A program made the position numbers and the translations under genes. DNA of 54,511 nucleotides, taken from the NCBI GenBank assembly GCA_028719205.1, contig JAQUKH010000016.1, positions 1 to 54,511 on the forward strand. Direction: 5' to 3'. The notes under the pieces were generated by a model that searched no databases, was not told the origin of the DNA, and saw only the letters and a list, made by a program, of their open reading frames with translations. This document shows, one piece after another, positions 27,933 to 35,766 of this stretch. Within the stretch, counting starts at the first letter, position 1. The number at the start of each line of letters is the position of its first letter. The stretch is from a bacterium (GTDB lineage: Bacteria; JACRDZ01; JAQUKH01).

Positions 27933-28790
27933 TTACTTAATTCTTTTGCAAAAATCATATTTTAATTCAGGCCATTTATTTTTTATAAAGAGCCAACCTA
28001 ATTTTGTTACATGTGTTGCCCAAAAATATGATCCATCTTTTTCAGTAAAATGAGTCCAAGTCATTCTTTTTTCCAACAATTCTTTTAGTGCTAGTTGGAA
28101 CAAATTCGCAGAGGCTTCCCCATATTCCTTCTTAAAAAATTCTGGCATTCTATATGGATAAAACAGGCCTGGAGCGCCTCCAGCTCCTTCTTCTGTTTGA
28201 TACCATGACGCATACTCATATAAAGTTCTTATGGCATCTGTAGTTAGACTTTCAGACAATTGTGTAACGTAAGCACTACGTTCTCGTTCAAAATTTTCAC
28301 CAGCTGACAAAAATGCTTTTACAATCCCATCAACATTTCCATTGGGACAATTATATTCAATAACATTATTAGTTTTAATATCAAAATGTAGTTGGTCTAA
28401 CGGATCTTGAGTCACAAGAATTATTTGATCGTTTGACTTGAAAGCCATTGCTATCCCAGTTTCTAACATCACTCCTGCATTTCCACCTGTTAAATCAGCA
28501 AAGAAAAAATGAGAGGCTAGAATTTTTTTGACTATTTCATCAGTAATTACATTTGCTGTTCCAGAAAAATGTAAAGCAGTTTCTGGTTTTAAAAATTCTT
28601 TAAGCCGTGCCCCTTTCTCTATATTTGCCTGGTCAACAGCCTTAAAAATTACCTCGTTAAATATTTTTTCTACAGAATAATTAAATCTTTCCCTAAATGG
28701 CATAGCTACAAAGGTCGTATAACTATCTGAAGAAAACATTTCGGCTAATGAACTATCGCGGAAATTTTTATAAATAATTTCAGGATTCAT
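27933..28790 (-). CDS. Nucleoside 2-deoxyribosyltransferase/TIR-like fold protein with probable C-terminal winged helix
   Basis: FVAMPF, ITDEIVKKI..HFFFADLTGGNAGVMLETGIAMA, FDIK..IEY; C-terminal LKELLEKR..VTKLG. Confidence 0.62.
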   Translation of the reverse strand: MNPEIIYKNFRDSSLAEMFSSDSYTTFVAMPFRERFNYSVEKIFNEVIFKAVDQANIEKGARLKEFLKPETALHFSGTANVITDEIVKKILASHFFFADLTGGNAGVMLETGIAMAFKSNDQIILVTQDPLDQLHFDIKTNNVIEYNCPNGNVDGIVKAFLSAGENFERERSAYVTQLSESLTTDAIRTLYEYASWYQTEEGAGGAPGLFYPYRMPEFFKKEYGEASANLFQLALKELLEKRMTWTHFTEKDGSYFWATHVTKLGWLFIKNKWPELKYDFCKRIK

Positions 28791-28831
28791 TATTTTCTTC
28801 TTTTCCTTTCATATTTGCACCCTCTTGCATA

Positions 28832-29059
28832 TTATCCTTTTGGCGGATGAGGATCGTTCCCATGGCTATCCGATTGTGAAATTTTTCCATCGCTATTATG
28901 AATTACAAATTCTGTTTTCTGATTTTGGCTAACTTCCCTGCCTTGTTTTACTGCTTCTGCTTTGGTATCGAAATGTCCCGAGGCTCTATCTGCCCCTCCT
29001 TTTTTAACATCCCAACCACCATTTGGATTATGAACTACATGATGACTTTTTCTTGACAT
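28832..29059 (-). CDS. DUF2188 family protein
   Basis: HHVV..GGWDVK..TKAEA..IHNSDGKI..DSHGNDPHPPKG; SD AGGAGGTG. Confidence 0.88.
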   Translation of the reverse strand: MSRKSHHVVHNPNGGWDVKKGGADRASGHFDTKAEAVKQGREVSQNQKTEFVIHNSDGKISQSDSHGNDPHPPKG

Positions 29060-29133
29060 TTGATTTCACCTCCTTGTTCCTAAGTATTTTTTATAGAATT
29101 AAATCCACTATTATTTTGCATTATATTTTTTAA

Positions 29134-29805
29134 TTATGATTTTGCTAATTCCGCTATCGCTTTTATATGTTCCCATGATATTGCCATAAAAATATTTGCA
29201 TCCCCTGCATCCTTAGAAGGACTATCAGACAATACACCAATAACTTTCGTGGGATCATTTTTTAAAACTATTGGTGAACCACTAAACCCTCCGGTTACCG
29301 CTCCTGTAATTTGAATCTTTTTTACAAACCCTGTTTGGCGAAGCTGTGCACCAACAACACCTTCAGAAAAAGTAGGCATATGTGCTGAATCAAGCAGTTG
29401 TAATCCCAAAGGGAATCCAGCATATTGAACTGATTCCCCTACTTCTGGATATCGTCCAGCTAATTCTAAACCATTTAAATATTCTTTTTCTAACATTTCT
29501 TTCGGAGTATCAGAAGACAAACGTAATATAGCTAAATCATGAGAAAAATCTAAAGATTCTACATGTGCCCGCTTGTAATTACCCTTATTACCAACAACTA
29601 GCAAACCAGCTATTTCTAAAGGTGCGCCAACAAGATCCTTAACTACATGAGCACAAGTAATTAATATATTGTATCCTTTCAACCAAAACGCCGTACCAAT
29701 AACATTTAAGGAATCGGCAAACACCTTACCTGAATTAGGTTGGAACTTTGGACGAAATATACCAAGCGCTCTTACCCCACTATACACAATAGGTTCATTA
29801 CTCAT
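29134..29805 (-). CDS. Cytoplasmic trypsin-like (S1) serine protease
   Basis: GTAF, TCAHV, DLAIL, GFSGSP catalytic triad; no signal peptide; SD AGGAGG. Confidence 0.85.
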   Translation of the reverse strand: MSNEPIVYSGVRALGIFRPKFQPNSGKVFADSLNVIGTAFWLKGYNILITCAHVVKDLVGAPLEIAGLLVVGNKGNYKRAHVESLDFSHDLAILRLSSDTPKEMLEKEYLNGLELAGRYPEVGESVQYAGFPLGLQLLDSAHMPTFSEGVVGAQLRQTGFVKKIQITGAVTGGFSGSPIVLKNDPTKVIGVLSDSPSKDAGDANIFMAISWEHIKAIAELAKS

Positions 29806-29816
29806 AAATATACCTC

Positions 29817-31055
29817 CTATTTTTTCGTCCTTACCTTTCCCGTCAAAAGCACCTGCATAAGGGCGTATTTAAGGTTGTTTAAATTTTTTATTTCTTTCAA
29901 CATTTTGTTAATATAATTATCTAAACCTTCTAAAGATTTTATTATTTTTACTTGTTCTTCAATTGTAGGTATAGGCATTTTTGAAATAGTGAAAAAATCA
30001 GATTGTACTCTTTGCTGTCCAGCCGTACCAGTAAAATAGTTTTTTGCAATATTTCTAAATGATTTTTGAGCAATATAATAAAATAAAAATTCTGGAATTA
30101 AAACATTATTTTTTACCCTTAAAACGTGAAATTCTGTTGAGCCAAATCCAATACCATTTTTCAATCCACAAGCAACCACAGATTTGCCATTTTCCATACA
30201 AGGTGTAATCTTTGCGAATAGAACATCTCCATTTTTAAAATATGTATAACCTGTTTCAACATCTAAAATATTTCTTTCATATTGACAAATAATACCCTTC
30301 CCTTCCTCTTGCACTGATTTCATAGGTATAAAAGAAACTTTTATATCTTTGTTAAAATGAGAAATTTCTTTTTTTGAAGGATTAACTACACAAACTTCAG
30401 ATATTTTTTTAAGCTCCCATCCATTCGGGGTCACCCCAATTTCCGTTTTTTTAAATTTCCTATACCTTCCTGGAATGCCGCGCGTAAACAGCTCCTGCAC
30501 CAACCCGTTTTTAAAAATTTGGGTTTGCTCAATTATGGCTTGAGTTTTATCGATAACTGCGTCGATAGAAGATAAAATACCATAGATTTTATGTTGTTCA
30601 GATACTGGAGGAAGCAAAAAAGGAAATCCTGCGAGTGAAGAATAATTTAGAGAATCTCGGACTGTTCCCTGCGTACCGGCTTTAACAAGATTTCTAAAAC
30701 AAGGACTGGATATCCAATAATCTAAATATTTTGCATCGAGCCCTTCTTTTGCTTCAAAAACCACATACATTGGGCTTAAAAGCCCTTTATCGTATTCCTT
30801 AAGACAAGCAATTGAGCCAACATTGACCCTTGAAGGATTATAGGCAAATTGGCCTTTCCGAATAACTTTATAATTACTCAGGTCTTTACTGAATACTTTT
30901 TTACTAAAATAATCTTCTGATATAACAAATCCTGTTTTATTCGTAACACTTAAAACCGGTGTGTTATTATTATTTTTATTTCTCTCACTAACCTCTGTTA
31001 ATAACTTCCCAAGTTTAATTGGATTCCATCCATCCGGCACTTTTTTATTTTTCAT
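29817..31055 (-). CDS. hsdS: Type I R-M specificity subunit with two target-recognition domains
   Basis: VPDGW..TRD1..PPVSEQHKI..GLVQELFTRG..PNGW..TRD2..PTIEEQVKI..LMQVLLTGKVR. Confidence 0.93.
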   Translation of the reverse strand: MKNKKVPDGWNPIKLGKLLTEVSERNKNNNNTPVLSVTNKTGFVISEDYFSKKVFSKDLSNYKVIRKGQFAYNPSRVNVGSIACLKEYDKGLLSPMYVVFEAKEGLDAKYLDYWISSPCFRNLVKAGTQGTVRDSLNYSSLAGFPFLLPPVSEQHKIYGILSSIDAVIDKTQAIIEQTQIFKNGLVQELFTRGIPGRYRKFKKTEIGVTPNGWELKKISEVCVVNPSKKEISHFNKDIKVSFIPMKSVQEEGKGIICQYERNILDVETGYTYFKNGDVLFAKITPCMENGKSVVACGLKNGIGFGSTEFHVLRVKNNVLIPEFLFYYIAQKSFRNIAKNYFTGTAGQQRVQSDFFTISKMPIPTIEEQVKIIKSLEGLDNYINKMLKEIKNLNNLKYALMQVLLTGKVRTKK

Positions 31056-31236
31056 TCACGAGTCCTTTATCAGAGGGCATAGCACGCTGTACCCCTGCAT
31101 TCGCATCAATCTTTTCTTCTGTTTTTACAAATTTTCCGCATCCGGCACAATGATAAATTAGTAATATCTTTTTTATCGCCTGCATTTTTCTCATGTGCGA
31201 TTCAGTGTATTTTTTACAATACGGGCACCAATCCAT
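31045..31236 (-). CDS. Small Zn-ribbon protein
   Basis: CPYC..CAGC in 63 aa, packed between dinD and hsdS. Confidence 0.55.
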   Translation of the reverse strand: MDWCPYCKKYTESHMRKMQAIKKILLIYHCAGCGKFVKTEEKIDANAGVQRAMPSDKGLVNEK

Positions 31237-31239
31237 TTT

Positions 31240-32073
31240 TTATTTCCTTACATTTTTTATTAATTTTTTATCTTCTGATTTTATCTGCCGTTCCAGTTTT
31301 TTAATATCGTCTTCGGGTGGTAATTCTTCTGGTTTTATGCCACTTTTCCCTAGTAATTCCCGCACATCTCTATTATTTTTTACATGTTCAGAAGTTATTA
31401 TATGCTCCCCTCGCAAATCGTTCTTTTTAGTATTAAATCCTGTTATTTCCGCGGCCAAATCTTTCGCCTTTATGGTTATGGTTGGTAAAAAATCTGCAAG
31501 AGGCCTTTTCCCTGGCAATTCAAGTTTCCGTTTCATTTCCATAGTTGTATAACCACCAAATAATGCTTGGTCTCCCTTGCTTCGCAAACGGGCAAATCCC
31601 TCCCCATCAATTCCGCGTTCATAAACTACCCCGGAAAGTTGAGCCTCTGTATCTGCAAGTTTTTCACGCGCGCTAATTCGTTCTACTAAAGCAATTCGTT
31701 TTTCTATCAATTCCTGTTTACGAGTCTGTATCGCAAAATAACTTTGCGCAAAAGCAATTTGTTCCTTGCGAGGGTCACCATTCTGAGCGATTAGATAACA
31801 GGCATAACGAGTAAGCATAATATCGTCGACTTCCCTTTTGGCACCCTTACCTAAATCTATCATTTTGTTGACGTCAACAAAATGATCCGCAATATTTTGC
31901 CCAGAATTTGAACAAGCAATTTTTGCTTTGTCTATAACAAGCAAGAAATTGCGCCACTCCATATAATCAAGTAATTTTTGCAAATCACGTGCCATCCAGT
32001 ATTCAATTCCATCCTGGATAAAAACTGAATCTTCAAATGTTTTATTAAGTTTTACAATCAATTCTTTTTGCAT
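31240..32073 (-). CDS. dinD: DNA-damage-inducible protein D family (BRO-N-like N-terminus)
   Basis: [85 protein letters not shown]. Confidence 0.9.
   Translation of the reverse strand: MQKELIVKLNKTFEDSVFIQDGIEYWMARDLQKLLDYMEWRNFLLVIDKAKIACSNSGQNIADHFVDVNKMIDLGKGAKREVDDIMLTRYACYLIAQNGDPRKEQIAFAQSYFAIQTRKQELIEKRIALVERISAREKLADTEAQLSGVVYERGIDGEGFARLRSKGDQALFGGYTTMEMKRKLELPGKRPLADFLPTITIKAKDLAAEITGFNTKKNDLRGEHIITSEHVKNNRDVRELLGKSGIKPEELPPEDDIKKLERQIKSEDKKLIKNVRK
31859..31886. repeat. 28-bp perfect palindrome inside dinD
   Basis: ATCATTTTGTTGAC|GTCAACAAAATGAT. Confidence 0.95.
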
Positions 32074-32102
32074 AGATCCTCCTGTTCATCTTCATTATAC
32101 AA

Positions 32103-32144
32103 AATAACTATCATATTGTTGACGTCAACAAAATGATAGTTATT
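32103..32144. promoter_or_regulatory. 42-bp near-perfect palindrome (putative operator) over the dinD promoter
   Basis: AATAACTATCATATTGTTGAC|GTCAACAAAATGATAGTTATT, one mismatch; minus-strand TCAACA-17-TATAAT promoter overlaps it. Confidence 0.75.
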
Positions 32145-33657
32145 CATAACCCAATTCTTTCAAACACTCATTCATTTTTTTCTCTGCCTTATCCCGCTCT
32201 TTCTCAAGCTCCCTTAGCTTTTTAAGCGCATCTTTTACATCAATTTTTTCTTCAGGTTCAGATATATCAACATAACGGCTGATATTAAGGTTATGGTCAT
32301 TTTCCCTGATTTCATCAAGGGAAACGACACGGGAAAATTTATCAACATCTTTATATTCGTTGAAGACTTTCACTATTTTTTCTATATCTTCATCACGCAG
32401 CCTGTTTTGTTTTTTGCCTGCTTCGTAATATTCTGAGGCATTGATAAATAAAACTTTATTTTTACGCTCTTTTGGTTTATTGCGGTTTAATATTAAAATT
32501 GCCGCTGGAATACCTGTACCATAAAAAAGATTTGGCACCAGCCCAATAATTGCCTCAAAAAAATCTTCTTCTAACAAAGCCTTTCTTATCCGACCTTCCG
32601 ACGCGCCCCTGAAAAGCACACCATGAGGCATTACAACTCCAACCATACCGTTATTATTTACTGTCGCAATCATGTGCTGAACAAACGCGTAATCACCTTT
32701 TGTTTTAGGTGGGATACCATAGCGGAACCTGCCAAAACCATCATTCTCGGCTGCTTCAGTACCCCATCCATCAAGACTAAAAGGCGGATTGGCTATAACT
32801 CTGTCAAAAAGCACTAATTCCCCGTCTTTTACAAATTTCGGATCACGGATTACGTCACCTTTTTGAATATCCGCATCAGGGAAATTATGCAAAAGCATAT
32901 TCATTTTGCATATGGACCACGTTCCAAGATTTTTTTCCTGGCCACATAAAGAAATATTTTTCGCGTTTCCTTTTTTTCTTTCAACATAATGCGCGCATTC
33001 AATCAACATACCACCAGAGCCGCAGGTTGGATCACATATACGCATACCCTCTTTTGGCTTTAGTATTTCAACAATAAGTTGAACAACTTTACGTGGAGAA
33101 AAAAACTCCCCACCTTTTTTGCCTGCATCATCTGCGAATTTTTCAATCAGGTATTCATAAGCCTGTCCAAGGATATCAGGATCTTCAAGATTTGAATTTT
33201 TTAGATCAATTTTAGAAAAATGGTTAATAAGACGGGATAAAACAGAATCACGATTTTTAGAATCTCCAAGTTTATTTGAGTTGAAATCTATATCCGCTAA
33301 AACTCCTTCCAATGTAGGATTTTGATCTTCCAATACTCCGCAGGCTTTATTAATCCCTTCCCCAATATTTTGAGAAATTTTTCTTATTTCAGTCCATCGG
33401 CTGCGTTTAGGAACAAAAAATTGATGTTCATCAGGGTCATCCTGTGCTATTTTTTGAGCTTCAGATTTTGACACACCCCTTTTCAATTCTCTTTTTTCAA
33501 TCTTTTCCGCCTCTTCATCAAAAACATCCGACAACCGTTTTAGAAAAAGAAAACCAAAAATATAATTTTTGTAATCCGATGAATCAATTGAACCGCGCAA
33601 AATATCTGCGGCCCCCCATAAATAATTATTCAACTCAGAGCTAGTCAGTTTCGCCAC
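32140..33657 (-). CDS. hsdM: Type I R-M N6-adenine methyltransferase subunit M
   Basis: LWGAADILRG, GEFFSPR, DPTCGSGG, NPPF, PHGVLFRG, NLFYGTGIP. Confidence 0.95.
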   Translation of the reverse strand: MAKLTSSELNNYLWGAADILRGSIDSSDYKNYIFGFLFLKRLSDVFDEEAEKIEKRELKRGVSKSEAQKIAQDDPDEHQFFVPKRSRWTEIRKISQNIGEGINKACGVLEDQNPTLEGVLADIDFNSNKLGDSKNRDSVLSRLINHFSKIDLKNSNLEDPDILGQAYEYLIEKFADDAGKKGGEFFSPRKVVQLIVEILKPKEGMRICDPTCGSGGMLIECAHYVERKKGNAKNISLCGQEKNLGTWSICKMNMLLHNFPDADIQKGDVIRDPKFVKDGELVLFDRVIANPPFSLDGWGTEAAENDGFGRFRYGIPPKTKGDYAFVQHMIATVNNNGMVGVVMPHGVLFRGASEGRIRKALLEEDFFEAIIGLVPNLFYGTGIPAAILILNRNKPKERKNKVLFINASEYYEAGKKQNRLRDEDIEKIVKVFNEYKDVDKFSRVVSLDEIRENDHNLNISRYVDISEPEEKIDVKDALKKLRELEKERDKAEKKMNECLKELGYE

Positions 33658-34252
33658 GGTAATCCTCCTTATTCATTAACATATCTGTTACTATTTGATT
33701 TGTAATTTCTTTTCTTAAATTTGCTGATTCAATACTTAAACGATATTGTACCTCTGAAATATTAGCAAGATTAGCTATTCTTTTCTGTAAATCGACAGCT
33801 GGGACCGGAACATTAATCTCACTAATATTAGATACATTTAATACAAGCTGCATTGTTGAAGATGCTATATTGGATAAAAGAACTCTTTGGCCTTCTTTGG
33901 TTTTTAAATATGCTGCTAAAAATATTGGAAGTAATTCACAGGTAAGACGAATAGCTATAAGATTTGATGTTATTATTGCTTTTGGTAAATTATCAGGAAC
34001 AACCGCTATTTTTAGTTGAGTACCACGGCAGGTTATTATTATATCGTCAGGATAAACAATATAATGTTCAGCATTTTTGAAATTATTTAATGAAAATTTT
34101 TTAAGATTGTCAATCTTGATTCCATCATCAGTTATATCTTTAATATTTATAACCGGTATTCCTTTCTCACCTTCTATTAGCTTTACAATACTATATAATG
34201 GAGCACCACAAAATATTTTTTCTGCAACTGATTTTAAACTTTTAGATACCAT
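33641..34252 (-). CDS. Half-size HsdS-like protein, one target-recognition domain plus coiled coil
   Basis: DDIIITCRGT, FLAAYL, ISEINVPVPAVDLQKRI pattern; 17-nt overlap with hsdM. Confidence 0.75.
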   Translation of the reverse strand: MVSKSLKSVAEKIFCGAPLYSIVKLIEGEKGIPVINIKDITDDGIKIDNLKKFSLNNFKNAEHYIVYPDDIIITCRGTQLKIAVVPDNLPKAIITSNLIAIRLTCELLPIFLAAYLKTKEGQRVLLSNIASSTMQLVLNVSNISEINVPVPAVDLQKRIANLANISEVQYRLSIESANLRKEITNQIVTDMLMNKEDYRGETD

Positions 34253-34281
34253 TTATTCTCCAAAAAATGTTATTGTCTAAA

Positions 34282-34310
34282 AGTTTATCGTATAAATTCT
34301 ATTTTGTCAA
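34282..34310 (-). promoter_or_regulatory. Sigma-70 promoter of the R-M operon
   Basis: TTGACA-17 nt-TAAACT. Confidence 0.65.
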
Positions 34311-34498
34311 GAAAATATTATTATATTAATATTTATATTTAATATTACAAATATTAATTTATTTTATCATATAAGTAACCGTGTTTAATAGCGAATATTA
34401 TAATTACTGGCAAAAAATCAACATAATTGCCGATAATTTGATTAATCACAATTCCGTTTTTGCTGAACAAAATTATATCTTTTGGGTATTTTATTCTA

Positions 34499-35011
34499 TT
34501 ATATTTTCTTAATTTTTTTCAGATACATCCCAATCTCATGCTCGAAGTTATCGCTGAAAATAGATTTAGAGAGGTTTTCTTTGATTTCTTTTATGCTCCA
34601 TGCCCTGACTTCATCTATTTCCTGTTTATTAAAAGATATTTTACCGCGATAAACGCAGGAATAAGTATATACAAGCTCCGTTTCATAGGAATTTGAATGG
34701 ATATATGAGTATAGAAATTCAGGACGGCAGTTTTTGATGCCAAGTTCTTTTTCAGTTTCGCGTCTCAACGCTTCGGCCAGGCTTTCTCCATGAGTTACAT
34801 GGCCGCCGACCGATGTATCCCACTTGCCCGGCGCTACATCTTTGTTCATGGAACGTTTTTGCAAAAATAGATCGCCTTCTCCATTAAATACAAGACAATG
34901 CACGACCTTGTGAATTAAGACAGGGTTTCCATGTATTTCATCCCTGGGAAGCAATCTTACAGTTTCTCCCTTTTCGTTAACGATTTCCAGAATTTCTTTA
35001 TTTTCCCGCAT
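34499..35011 (-). CDS. NUDIX hydrolase (IPP-isomerase/YfcD-like)
   Basis: HKVVH, LQKRS..KD..PGKWD, Nudix box GGHV..GES...ALRRETEKELGI. Confidence 0.88.
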   Translation of the reverse strand: MRENKEILEIVNEKGETVRLLPRDEIHGNPVLIHKVVHCLVFNGEGDLFLQKRSMNKDVAPGKWDTSVGGHVTHGESLAEALRRETEKELGIKNCRPEFLYSYIHSNSYETELVYTYSCVYRGKISFNKQEIDEVRAWSIKEIKENLSKSIFSDNFEHEIGMYLKKIKKI

Positions 35012-35066
35012 ATTAATATTAAGCTTTTTGAGGGACGTTGGTTCCTAGCGATACTTATTTATTTAA

Positions 35067-35093
35067 GAGCAGGTACAGAGATCTGCCCCCTAC
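35067..35093 (-). repeat. GTAG-type REP-like palindrome, copy 3 (opposite orientation)
   Basis: Minus strand GTAG-GGGGCAGAT-CTCTGT-ACCTGCTC, imperfect stem. Confidence 0.65.
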
Positions 35094-35105
35094 AAATATA
35101 AATAA

Positions 35106-35137
35106 TAAAAAAAAGGCGATTTGCAAACCGCCCTTAC
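35106..35137 (-). repeat. REP-like palindrome, copy 4, followed by a T-run (possible terminator for the TA operon)
   Basis: Minus strand GTAA-GGGCGGTTTGCAAATCGCC-TTTTTTTT. Confidence 0.6.
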
Positions 35138-35230
35138 AATATTTTCTTATTAAAATCATGGGAGAATGGAGGTGCTAGAAAAATACCATTAATCTAAATA
35201 TATTTTCATATTTAAATTAATGGTGTTTTC

Positions 35231-35509
35231 TTAATAACATACATCATGGTCTCCGACTTCAATAAAATACACCCCTTCGTCTTCTAAAATTTTAAAAACC
35301 ATTCTGTCTGAATAATTGATCCAAAATGCGTAGTAATCTTTTAATTCACCTTTTAATTTGTGTGTTTTCAACCTTTTATCAAAAATATCTTCGACAAATA
35401 TTTCAAGTCTTTTTTTAAGTTTTTGCCTATCATTATCCGTCAATTTACTTTTATATTTTTCAAACTTTTTACCAAACGCTAAATCATACTTAATATATTT
35501 TGGTTTCAT
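35231..35509 (-). CDS. RelE/YafQ-family mRNA interferase toxin
   Basis: 92 aa, basic; LKTHKLKGEL, INYSDRMVF, VGDHDVCY. Confidence 0.85.
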   Translation of the reverse strand: MKPKYIKYDLAFGKKFEKYKSKLTDNDRQKLKKRLEIFVEDIFDKRLKTHKLKGELKDYYAFWINYSDRMVFKILEDEGVYFIEVGDHDVCY

Positions 35510-35514
35510 AAATA

Positions 35515-35700
35515 TTATAAGCTTTCAATAAATTCGTTTACCGACATCTTCTTTGTCTTTCCCGCTTTTAAATTTTGTTCCGCCTCATGTATCCTGAATA
35601 AAAATTGCTGGCGTTTTACAGTCTTATACAATTCTTTTAAAAAAATGTATTCTGACCTGGGAACTTTCACCACATCGTTTAATGCTTCAACCTTACTCAT
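35515..35700 (-). CDS. Putative cognate antitoxin
   Basis: 61 aa directly upstream of the toxin; EAEQNLKAGK..EFIESL; SD AGGAG. Confidence 0.7.
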   Translation of the reverse strand: MSKVEALNDVVKVPRSEYIFLKELYKTVKRQQFLFRIHEAEQNLKAGKTKKMSVNEFIESL

Positions 35701-35719
35701 TATCTTGCTCCTTACAATT

Positions 35720-35745
35720 TAATATTTTGATAAAATATTATACCA
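35720..35745 (-). promoter_or_regulatory. TA operon promoter with overlapping inverted repeat
   Basis: TGG-TATAAT extended -10 (35745-35737); TAATATTTT-GAT-AAAATATTA at 35720-35740. Confidence 0.6.
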
Positions 35746-35766
35746 TAATTTCTTTAATAAGAAAAT

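Noticed and set aside
34429-34436. Second GCCGATAA sigma-28 box, plus strand
   Set aside because: Poor -35 match and it points only antisense into the NUDIX gene
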